A DNA stretch of 59,149 nt, the filler included, from Gonapodya sp. JEL0774 (taxonomy: Eukaryota): assembly GCA_027604505.1 (NCBI GenBank). It is 9 parts of 9 records of this genome, joined end to end, with 100 filler letters (N's around TTAATTAATTAA, not from the genome) between each part and the next. Parts side by side here need not be neighbours in the genome. Positions count along the whole stretch, not along the records: positions 6,623 to 13,131 come from JADIIX010000584.1; positions 13,232 to 19,724 come from JADIIX010000585.1; positions 19,825 to 26,313 come from JADIIX010000586.1; 6 more parts are not named here. One strand, written 5' to 3'. A program made the position numbers and the translations under genes. The notes below the pieces were generated by a model, which was not told where the DNA came from, did no database searches, and saw nothing but the letters and a program-made list of their open reading frames with translations. Positions 10,768-22,162 of the stretch are shown here, in pieces (position 1 is the first letter of the stretch; each line of letters opens with the position of its first letter).

Positions 10768-12161
10768 ATGACGTCTGTGATTAATCAACATCTTCGACGA
10801 GGAGCTGGATGCATCATCTGTGGACTCTCAGATCGGCAAAGGTTCGAGGGGCCGTGTTGCGCGAATGATGTTGTAGAGTGGTATCTTCATGTACCCCCAC
10901 GTTACCCTTCCTTTCAAGCGAGATTCTGTTATGCGAAAATGCCCTCTGTCGCGCAGAATACCATTTTGGCTGCCTGGACCCGGAGCTGGTAATGAAACCA
11001 GAGGACGAATGGTTTTGCCCTCAATGCGATGCCGGGGCATCCGACGATCTTCGGGAAGAAAAATCGCGCTCGTCAACAAACCTGCCAATAGACGATGATA
11101 CACGATCGGGTTACATTCTTCCAAAGGAGCCAGCCCACCCGCAATATGATAGAGGACAATTCTCCGTAGAAGCAACTCCATACTCCCATCCGTCCTTCGT
11201 ACATCCAAGTGCCGAAGCAGAAGAATCGCGTATACCCCATATAACTGTGGATCCGAATCACGTGGGTGCGATTGAGACTGTTCCCGTTGGCTGGAGGTGC
11301 AGATTCAGGTCAACCTTGAGTGCGGTTGGCCTCCATAAGTAAGGCTACAAGCGTTTACTAAAGGACAAACGCGCTTTTAACAATGTCGCGCGAAGACCTC
11401 TCGTAGACGGTATATCCGGTAACCGTGACCGCCCCTGCGTTTCCGTCGTGGCCACCCCGAACGCAGCATATCCGCTGTTTGACCGTGGTGACAACCTCAC
11501 GTACACAGGACAAGGGACCGATCGGAATCAACTCCTTAGTGACGCTAACTTAGCTCTAGCGAGGACGTGTGATTGCCCAATACCGTCGGTGGCCGAGGCG
11601 AATTTGCCCGGTTGTAGGATGGTGGCCAAGGACTGGAGAAGATCACAGCCTATAAGAGTTGTTCGAGGAGCCGGCAAGACGAAAGGACGAACTATGTCGG
11701 CGTATGTTCCCCAGGAGGGCTATCGATACGATGGGCTCTACAAAGTTGTGGAATACGAGCGTATCAGGGGACGGGATGGGTTCTGGATGTGGGTGAGTCC
11801 ACTGTTGTCAATCCGAGAATACTTTGGAGGCTTTCTGATGCACTGTGTCGATCCGGATGACGTTGATTTTCAGCAATTTCACCTCCGTCGTGATGACCCC
11901 ACACCTGCGCCTTGGACACCCGCCGGCGAACAGTTGCGCAGGGAACTCGGCCTCACATTTCCACCGAATGAACATTCGCCCTTCTCTAATTCAAGAAAGA
12001 GACAGGTCGCTCCACGCGGGGCCTCTCGCGGCATTGGAGCCTTCACCTTCCCTATGAAGGGGCACGGCAGTGGGGGCAAGTTGGAAGACTCTACAGCACG
12101 CGCTGATGCAATGACGGAAGTCGACGTAGACGACATCGAGGACATTGTGGATGACCAGTAA
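10768..12161 (+). CDS. UHRF1-like PHD finger plus SRA/YDG domain protein, 3 introns, no RING domain
   Basis: PHD: CIIC..ILLCENALCRAEYHFGCLDP..WFCPQC. SRA: G.I..VPVG...RFR, GLHKPLVDGISG, TYTGQG, NLALA, AKDWRRSQPIRVVRG, GYRYDGLYKVV, FHLRRDDPTPAPWT. Confidence 0.9.
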
Positions 12162-12372
12162 TCATTGGCAGGGCAGATTAAAGTGTAAGGGACTAGAAGT
12201 GAAGAGCATCGAGGAGATGGCGAATAACCAGTAATTGACCCGACAGATAAGCATATTTCGTCGAGTCGCCGAGAAAAGTGACCGATGGGATGGAGCCACC
12301 GGGTTCTGGTGTTTTGACATGGGCGCAAATGCCCTTTTTGTAATCGAAGACGCACAACTAGTGTATATAAAT

Positions 12373-13131
<759 letters not shown>

Positions 13132-14227
13132 NNNNNNNNNNNNNNNNNNNNNNNNNNNNNNNNNNNNNNNNNNNNTTAATTAATTAANNNNNNNNNNNNN
13201 NNNNNNNNNNNNNNNNNNNNNNNNNNNNNNNAAACCGATCCCGATATAACACTCCGTAATATTATTAACGCCCCCAGACGCACCATCAGATCCTAGCTCT
13301 CTCGCCTTTACAGCTTCGCTTTTACAAGGCCTGGAACCTCACCTGGCATTGTTCTATTGTCTCCTATTGACTTGTTTGGACTTGCAGCTAGGCGCTACAT
13401 GGGCTGGGCTCCTGGCGGTGTTTGTAACAGACTGCGTGATAACGGGGGTGAGAGGTGGTTGGGGACGGAGGAACGTTGCGAGGAAAGCTGTGGTGGATGG
13501 GAGATTTCTTGTTACATAGGAACTTATGATGTTATGTTACTCTTAATCAGCTTCAGCCTGAGCTGTTTTGGGGATCGTCCTGGAATCCAGCCAAAAGATG
13601 CTGGCCGGTGTGAACTGTGAATACGTGAAGACGTCAGACATGCGAGTGTAGATAGATGGTCGATCGTCTTTACAGTTTACACGAGTGTCGTCGAAATATA
13701 ATCGAGTGGAAGTGCAGTAATTATGTTCGCAAATGTACACCTTAGGGACCTAGCTAGCACTTAGAAGAGCAGCCGAGTTCCATTGTTTGAAAAGTGTTCT
13801 TGTTCGACGGTGGACACGGAGTGACCGTACCTCTTCGAACGGACTCTTTGACTGGCTGAGCAGGTTCGGTCTGCAGAACCCGAATCATAGAGAAACGGAA
13901 CCGACCGAGCGTCGGAGCAAGGTGGCTCCCCCGTCAGTGGATTCGTTCGTCATGTGCGTTTCGTATTCACCCCGGCCCGGCGCGTCCCATCGGCGAGTAC
14001 ATAAACTGACGACCACTCAACCTCCTCCCCCCACCCCCTGTGTCCCCTTCCCGGTTGTGCCTTTACCCTCTCTCCCCCTCTCCCCCTCTCCCGCCTTGTG
14101 GTGCTTCTTGGTTCGTTATGTGCATTCATTTTGACCCTTCCCGGTCGACCCGTCCATACACTCAAATATCCCGACCATACAATCCCCCCCACCCTCCCCT
14201 CCCCCCCTCTCCCTTCACCAACACCTA

Positions 14228-15874
14228 CTACGCCCTCCCGACCCCCCCGGCCCCCGGCGCCGCCCCACCAGCCGGCACGAGTATCTTCTTGCCGTCCTTG
14301 TTGAACCGGGGACGGGCGGGCGGGGTGCGGTCGCGGCGGCCTAGGTGGGTGGCGGGGTTGGGGGTGGAGGGGGGGGAAAAGGGCGATGGAAAGGTGAGTT
14401 GGGTGAAGTCGAATGGAATGGTAGAGGAAGACCACCCATCACCCGTGGCCGTGACCAAGATAGATCCAAGAGTCCTGGTCCTCCAAGTGTTATCTTCTCC
14501 GCGTTCGTTCGTGCAGGACCATGGAGGGCCCCGTCACCCCGCCACGCTTCCCCCACACCCCACAACCCCCAACACGCGCTTCCCACCCCTGTTCCCTCGC
14601 CCCTCGCCCCTGGCCCCTGGTCTCTCCCCATGCTCCCCTCCCGTCCCCTCTCCTATACCCTACCGGCCCACCGGCCCACCGGCTCCCCGCGAACGCAGTG
14701 CACCTCCTTGCCCTCCCGGTTCTTGTACTCACCGACCCGACTCCTCACCCTCACTTGCTTCGAGTGGATCCCGCACGAGATGCAGTACAGCGTCTTGAGG
14801 TACAGTTTGGGAAGGGCGTATTCTGGAACGGGGGGCGGTTGGTGGATGGGTGCGGTGGGGACGGGTGAGTGACGAGTGTGAGCACAGCGTGAGCCCAAGG
14901 GTCAATTGCCTCCGGCGGAGGAAGAGGGTCAATCGCCTCCGGTCGGGAAAAGTGCTCGCCTTCGGCTCGCGCTGGATCATTCGCCTCCGGCGGACTGCCT
15001 CCCTTCGGTCGGGAGACGAGCTCGCTCACGCTCGCTGTCGGGCCAGGACTCACCGTTAAACACACTGGCCTCTTGCAAATCCCTCACGGCGGCCTGCTCG
15101 ACCATGTTCCTGACGACGAACCTCTTGATGGCCTTGTCCTTGGGCACGCAGCGGGAACAGTTTGAGCAGCGGACGATGGCGGTGGCGCCGCGGCCGTGTT
15201 TGGCGCGGCCATTGTTTCTTCTTTTTTTGGTCTGCATGCGCAGTGGGTGGGAGGGTGGATGGGTGGATGAGTGGATGGGAGTTGTGAGAGGGGGAGAGGT
15301 GGAAGAGATGAAGGATGAATGAGGAAGGAGGGAGGAGGTAACATGCATGAGAACGAGAACGAAAACAGCGGTCTTTGTCTCGACTCGACCAACAAAGAGC
15401 TCTCCCTTCCCAATGTAGAGTGAAAGACGTCCGGCTGCTCTCCTCTCCGGCTCGCCTCCAACGGACCGACCGATGGCAACGACTCAAAGAGGGTCTCGTT
15501 CCAAACTCGAAAAAAACACAAAAGAAGAAACTCGGTCTCAAAGACAACGTGTTGGAAATCGATGCACAAAGTCTCCGGGTCGTGCGGGCTCACTTCCGGG
15601 GGACCGGCCATATGGAGGAAACCCAGCCTAGCCCAGGTCCAGCGAGGGTGACTCTCCACTACGCGGGTAGTCGGAGGGGTGAGAGAGAGGGTTGGCAAGT
15701 CACAAGACGGTGTGTTGAAGTGATCTTAAGAGTCCCCAGTCTCGGACCCCGGCACCCATGACAAATCCTTCCCTGTGCGGGTCCATCCATCCCATCCATC
15801 CCCCGGTCCATCCAACCAGATATTCCCACAGTGCGACTTCATTAAGGTGTCTGAGTTGGGCCGAGTCTCACCAT
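14228..15874 (-). CDS. RPS26: 40S ribosomal protein S26 (eS26); exons 15874-15872 (ATG only), 15231-15054, 14822-14733, 14340-14228
   Basis: [66 protein letters not shown]. An alternative start at 15237 is possible. Confidence 0.95.
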
Positions 15875-16312
15875 TCTGAGTGCTGCCGGGAGTGTTTGAT
15901 TGGGGGTTGAGCAGGTGCGACCCAGTGCGAGTGCAGTTTGAATGAGGGTCGAGTGCGGGTGGATGCGAAGACTCTTCAAGTCAGTTCGGACTCTGTGGCA
16001 ACTCCCTCAACTCGCTCTCCCTCACCCGTTCGATCGATGGATGTCAATCTCGGTGTCAACTGTCTACACTCCCCGCGACCACAGCACCCCCATTCCCATA
16101 TCCCATATCATAATATCCAACACACCCACACACACACCGGCACCGCAGCCCAACAAATCCTGCAAGCAACAAATATATAATCGTTCCTGTCTTGCTCTTT
16201 AGCATTTGTACATACTTTTGTGTGAACGCAAACCATTTATTACCCCCATCAGCAGCTCTACTCCTCTCTCCCTCCCCTCCTCCTCCTCCTCCCTTCCCCC
16301 CCTCCCCCAGTC

Positions 16313-17358
16313 TCACACCACCCTCTTTACCTCAAAGAACCTCCTCAGGTACCACACCTGCCACACGCACACAGACACCAGCAAGGCCGTCTCCGCCAAG
16401 GACCACACCAGCACCCGGGTGTTGGTCGATTCGGCGGCTTGAAGGACGTGGGACGTGGCGTGTGCCGGTGTGTGGTGTGCGGTGTGCGGTGTGAGGTGTG
16501 AGGTGTGAGGTGTGAGGTGTGGGGGGAATGAGACAGCATCGTTGGGCACACGGCACGGAGCACAAGTGGGGGCAAAGAAAGGGAGCTCCCCCCTGGCAAA
16601 ATAAAGACACTCACTCCGCCTATGCACGGCCTCCCTGGCCTGCATGTACACCTGCTCGTCCCTCACCCCTCTCAAACTCTCCGCCAGCTTCGCCACCTCC
16701 TCGTCCACCTTTTTCGCCTCCTCGTCCATCCCCGCCCCACTCTCCTCCCTCAACCTCTTCTGCAAACTTTCCCTCTCTTCACTGCCTTGTACAGTGAAGG
16801 TCACGATCTTGTCTGCCCCAGAGGCAACGTTGGAGAAGCAGTAGCTGTGCCGTCCCGCGGTGTCAGAGTCGAAGCCGAAGGTGGCAGTCGGTTGCCGGAA
16901 CACGGTGTAGATGAGACGGGTGTCGGGCGATTGAACCTGGGGGCAGGGGCGGGGTTGGGGTGGTGGAATGGGGTCAATGCCGGGTGGGGTGGGATTGGGT
17001 GGTCAGCTCGATCATTTCCTGGCTGAACAAGGGAATAAAAACGATCCCGTCCCATCCCCACAGTACCGTCCGTCCGTCCGTCCTCACCCACCCAAAAGTC
17101 GATCTCCAAATCCCCCCCGGCCCCAACTTGATACGTCACGTCCAACCTCTCGTTCCTCTCCATGGTCTCGTAGAAACAGGCCTTGTCGCGGGCCGGCAGG
17201 CGGACCGAGAAGACCGAGAAGGCGTGGGACGGGGTAACCGGTATGACAATGACGAGCAGGAGGAGGGAGAGGAGGACGGAGGAGGGGTGGGGGAGGATGG
17301 GGATGGGCATGGCGATGGGCATGGGGAGGTGGCGGGAGGGAGCGTGAGGGCGCTCCAT
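16313..17358 (-). CDS. EMP24: p24/emp24/gp25L cargo receptor (TMED2-like), paralog A, 2 introns
   Basis: Signal peptide, GOLD domain (CFYE..GGDLEIDFW..YCFSN), AESTNTRVLVWS, TM segment and FFEVKRVV tail. Confidence 0.9.
16467..16520. repeat. 7-nt minisatellite (GGTGTGA/C)n, ~7 copies, in p24 paralog A intron 2
   Basis: ggtgtgcggtgtgcggtgtgaggtgtgaggtgtgaggtgtgaggtgtg. Confidence 0.85.
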
Positions 17359-17795
17359 GGGCGTGCCGGGACTGGGGTCGTCGCGGGACCTGTGGATGAT
17401 GTGCATCGGGTTGGGAGTCAGTGAGAATGCCCAGCGAGGGCCGGGGGGCACCGAGCACACTGTCATTCAATCTGCGACTTTATCCTCTATGACACAAAAG
17501 AGATTACCGAGAAAAGAAAATCGATAGCGTAAATTATGGCACAGCTGATACTTTGTGTGGGGTCATTCTTTCCACAAGATAATGTAGACTGCATCTCGAT
17601 CCTTGCAAAAGGGCATCGCGTCAACATTCTGGGAACAAAAAAACGGTCCATTCCAAAGGTGTTCTACTTGCTTGTTTAGACTGAAGGAAAACGAGACGCC
17701 GTGCGGTGCCCAGTTTGTATGCCGGAGAAATCGATTCGCCGCGATCGCCAACGCTTCAAATCCGCATTCAATTCAAATCCTCCTCCATCCCCACG

Positions 17796-18854
17796 ATGCG
17801 CCGCGCCCCCTCCCTCCCCCTCCGCCTGTTCCCCTTCCTCCTCCTCCTCCTCCTCCCCCCCGTCCGGGCCTTCGTCTTCACCCAAACCATGTACCCGGGC
17901 CACTCCACCTGCTACTTCGAGGACCTCAACCCCGAGGAGCATTTGGACCTGACCTATATGATCGAGTCGAGTGAGGGAGAGATGGTCCTGGATTTTTGGG
18001 TGGGTGGGGGCGGGGGGGCGGCCGGGGGTGGGGGGTAGGGGTGTCCCGGGGGAAGATTGGGAGATGGAAACGGGAGGAGCGTGCGATGGGGATGGGTTTT
18101 TTTTCATGGTGGGGGGCCGAAGGATGGCGTGAGACGGGAGTCAGAATGTCGGTTACTGCTTTTGTCACGGTGTAAAATGGCGCTCGATTCGTCCCCGTCG
18201 GACTGATTGATCACGTCCTGACCCACCTCACCGACTAACCCGTTCCCCAACCCCTCAAGGTCATCGCCCCCGGCCAACGCGTCACCCACACCGCCCTTCG
18301 TGAAGCCACCGGGAGCCACAGTTTCATCGCCGACCGTCAGGGCCGGTACCAGTACTGTTTCAGCAACAAGAACTACAACGCGGCCAAGAAGATGACCTTT
18401 TCGAGCTACGGCCCCGAAGAGCGGCGAAACAGGTGGCAAGAGGCCGCGGAGCAGATGCAGCAGGAGTTGTCCGAGGAAGCCAAGAAGCTGGACGAGGAGA
18501 TCATGCAGCTGGTGGAGAACGTGAGGATGGTGAAGGACGAGCAGGCGTATATGGTGGGGAGGGCGGCGACGCATAGGAAGAGTGAGTTGTCCCAACACCG
18601 TCAATGTGCACTGTGTCGATCCGCTGGACTGAGGAACGGGTCTCTCTTCGTGGTTCCCCTGTATTTCACATCCCGCCATCCGATCCTCACACTCGCACCC
18701 CACCCCTGACCAAACACCGCCACACCCCGTAGCCGCCGAATCCACCAACTCCCGCGTTCTCGGATGGTCCCTTGCCCAGGTGGCGTTGCTGTTCGCTGTG
18801 TGCGCGTGGCAGGTGTGGTACCTGCGGAGTTTCTTCGAGGTGAAGAGGGTGTGA
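17796..18854 (+). CDS. p24/emp24/gp25L cargo receptor, paralog B, 2 introns
   Basis: Signal peptide, CYFEDL..VLDFW|..YQYCFSN, AESTNSRVLGWS, WQVWYLRSFFEVKRV*. Intron positions are the same as in paralog A. Confidence 0.9.
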
Positions 18855-19338
18855 ATGCGGGGGGGGACTGGGGAAGGGAAGGTGGCGGACCAGGCAGGAG
18901 GTGGGCATTGTCTCCAGGTCGATTGTATATCTGAACGTGTGGTGAAAGGTGGTACGGAGCCTGGAATGTGCCCATGGAGAGGGAACACGTTGAACTGTAC
19001 ATAAATGTGTACATATTGGAAATTCAAACTGGGTGGGAATCTTTGATTCCCCTACAATTTGCGCCAGCCGGGTCTTGTACGGTGAGTCGCTCTGTACGCG
19101 TCCTCTACCAGTTCTCGCAGACGGGACGCTCGCTCAAGACTTGCTCAGAACATATGCAGCGGTCGCGTTCGGTCAATGAGGTGTACGTCTGCAGTTTGAT
19201 AGGACTTTTTCTCCTGTATGTACTACGTAATCACCGTGACGTCCATCTTTCGGATCACGGGGTTCATGGTTCCCCGTGGTACGCAATTTTCCTGTATGTA
19301 TACTATCACCAAAACAAGTGGACGAAACATTCCCGAAG

Positions 19339-19724
19339 ATGGTCGATAATGGAGATTCAAAATGGAATGCGAAGACGCTGAAGGAGGGTGCTCATGCTTC
19401 CCAACTGCACTATGACCGGGCTCCAACTCTTGACTTGAGTATTCCACGACTCACGATGGATCCCCGATCGGCATCGATTGCACTTGCTAGCGTGAATGAT
19501 GATTCCTCCACGGTGCTTGAGTTTCCCAGCGCAACACACACGGTACCAGACGATCAGAGAGCTTCTGGTGCCTCCCTCGTGCTTGCCGGCGAGACAGAAA
19601 AGTTCGAAGCAGTGGATACCGGCTCGCAAGCGAAAGATATTTCGTGGAAGGTAGTGCTGGTTTTCGCACTGGCGAACGCTGTGAGTGAAGAAGAAGCATT
19701 CGCGGGGCGCGCTCCCAATATGGC
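19339..19724 (+). CDS. 5' part of a probable membrane protein (possibly a transporter), truncated
   Basis: Hydrophilic N-terminus, then ISWKVVLVFALANA followed by a GTGAGT donor. Confidence 0.35.
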
Positions 19725-19824
19725 NNNNNNNNNNNNNNNNNNNNNNNNNNNNNNNNNNNNNNNNNNNNTTAATTAATTAANNNNNNNNNNNNNNNNNNNN
19801 NNNNNNNNNNNNNNNNNNNNNNNN

Positions 19825-20301
19825 ACGGCGAGAGCGTAGGAGATGGGGAGGAAGCGACTAAGCAGGTTGTCATAAAGATGTGCGAGATGTTGTGAGCTCT
19901 GAGTCCCGACAGATACGGTGCATTACATAACGTACAGAACAAAGAGGAACTGGCATCTGTGATTCCCGAGACACCAACTCCCCACAATCCCAATCTGGTC
20001 AACATCAACACCAAAAGCTAAGGCGCAGCTGCTTCGTATGTCGTGCTCTCTGCGGCAGATCCAGCGAAACTGTCTGTGCGTTGGCCTCCGGACATGTCAC
20101 CGAACACCCAACCCCCCACCTCCCCAGCTTGTTAAGCTCATGATACTCACATCCCTGCATAAGCCTCGTGAGCGCTTCGACTTGCCTGGAAACGACTCCA
20201 GCCTTGGCAAGCACTTCTGCGACTGGGGACGATGGAGGGGAGGGAACCGAAGGCGGGTAGGTTGTCGAGCCAGGAGATTGCGAGGGAATGGGGCTGAGCA
20301 T
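19825..20301 (-). CDS. Small coiled-coil protein, tandem paralog A (3'-truncated)
   Basis: MLSPIPS...EVLAKAGVVSRQVEALTRLMQG-F aligns with paralog B and has the same phase-1 intron in a Phe codon. Confidence 0.5.
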
Positions 20302-20853
20302 CACAACAGAGCAAAGGTGGAGCGCTTTTGATCCGGGAAGCACGGGGCGGCGTTCGCGATGCAGCGTTGGATAGACAAGCAGTGACACAAGAATTGTGGC
20401 ATTGGTCAGGCGGTGCCCTTGCCATCGCGGTTGGGCAACTGCGCTCGCCTCCTAAAGGGTAGACTGGTTCGAAGCATGTTCGGCTGTTCAAACGAGTGAT
20501 GCGATTGGGTCTGGCAGACCAATATCGAAATCTCAGTGCCCTCCTCAGAGGCTAAGCACTTTTTTGAATACCACAGCTAGGAAGATGCTTGCTTCGGAAT
20601 ATAGGTAGAATGCCCACCCGCGCAAAGTAACGGAGTAGTGATTACTGCTGCACAGCGAGCTCAGGCCTGTAGGGTCAACGAATTTACTTAGAGATATACG
20701 GATATTCTCATATTACTTCTTGAACATGTAAAACACATCCGGTCTCTCCCCTGAACTTCAACAATTGGGATCCTGTCCCGAAATCTATCGCACTTCCTCA
20801 AGTCAGTCCCACATCGCGTCCGCACCTCCATCTAGGCCTGCTCATAAGGGTCT

Positions 20854-21886
20854 TTATTCGTGTTCCTGGTCCTGCTCATGCGAATCTTCAGGACGGTCGT
20901 GAAGGGCGGTGAAGCGGAGTTTCATCTGGGACGCGAATAAAGGTGCCGGGATGGGGATAAGTATTGAATGAGGATGAGTCTCAATAACCCAGATCACAGG
21001 CTGGGAAGAATAAGTATGGTGTGGTTTCGAGTGGTGGCGCGGTTTTCACTTGTAGTACTCCACCAGGGAAGACAGCCATGGTTGCGCCATTACTTCAAGT
21101 GTACGTTCCTCCTTGAGTTCTGTTCAAATCCTTCTCATGCGGTTATGCTCAGCTCCGCTTCAACACTTTGACTAATCCCGTTCGTCTTCTTCCACAATTC
21201 AAAAGTCCCTCACCTCTACCCTCCACCAACTCACCTCCGCCGCCTCCAACTGCTCCTTCAACCTCGCATTCTCTTCCTCCAGCTGCGCTATCCGAGCTTG
21301 CGCTTCCGCCGAAGCGTCAGTGGGACCGGCGGCCGGTGCGGCCTTGGCGTTGGCGAGGAGAGGGGAAGTGGTGGGAACTACGAGAGATACAAAATATGAA
21401 TCGGCGTGGGATGGAGACAATTGGGAAGAGCAATGGCGATCGACAGATTGTTAGAATAGATGGTTGCTTCACTGATTGCTATACGAGGGTGTTGTCTGGA
21501 TTCGAAAAGTCATTGCTGCCACGAGCATCAGGTCCTTCAGCGCATCTCTACCGTAGAGGACCATTACGAGCAAATCATCGCCGAGAACTCTCTCCCAGTG
21601 AGAATATATGAGATGCCTTGCCTCGCCGTTTTGAAAAGTCTTCACATTTCAATGTTCCCCGCACATCAGCCTCTTTTCTACCTCTCCACTGAGAACACAG
21701 TCCAGCGACCCAGTTCTGTTGTGCGAATATTGTCGCTACGCCGGCGAACTCACAAGCTTGGATGAACTTTGCGAGCTGTTCGACCTGTTTGCTCAGTTTG
21801 TTTGCTCGCTCCAATACGTCTTTCAAAGTGGGACCACCGGCGAAAGGAGAGGAGGAAGGGTCCGGGGACATGTCGGTGGCGGCCAT
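20854..21886 (-). CDS. Small coiled-coil protein, tandem paralog B, 3 exons
   Basis: MAATD..DVLERANKLSKQVEQLAKFIQA|FPTTSP..ARIAQLEEENARLKEQLEAAE|MKLRFTAL..* with canonical splice sites. Confidence 0.55.
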
Positions 21887-22162
21887 CGTGAGAAAGGAAG
21901 CGAGCTGTATTGGGGGAAGAGTGCTTGGGCAAGAACAGGAGAGGGTGGAAACAACAGCTGTGTGGCGCAGCTCCAGCCCTCGTTGTTCCTGAGACAATTC
22001 CATTGAAGAAAACAACGTTTGCATGAACTTCTGTGGTTGTCATTATCGAGTAAGAGCAACCGGAGAACGCGATGAACGTTGAATCTCCCCCTGAACTAAC
22101 GATCTGCTCTCAAATCAGACGATTACAGTAAAGGTTCACATATCTCGATCGCACACTCGTCA

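Noticed and set aside
10620..10810. In-frame spliced fusion of the sirtuin to the PHD-SRA gene
   Set aside because: It needs a weak GTGAAA donor and a rare GAG acceptor, so it is not supportable without RNA data.
4857..12161. Argonaute plus Sir2 plus SRA as a prokaryote-style defence operon
   Set aside because: Argonaute is on a different contig, and all three genes are eukaryotic and intron-containing.
14430..14530. Non-repetitive island with a TGGTCCT/AGGACCA stem in RPS26 intron 3, as a possible snoRNA
   Set aside because: No convincing C/D or H/ACA boxes.
13950..15761. Many long Pro/Gly-rich ORFs on both strands
   Set aside because: Shadow ORFs caused by high GC content and C/G runs in RPS26 introns.
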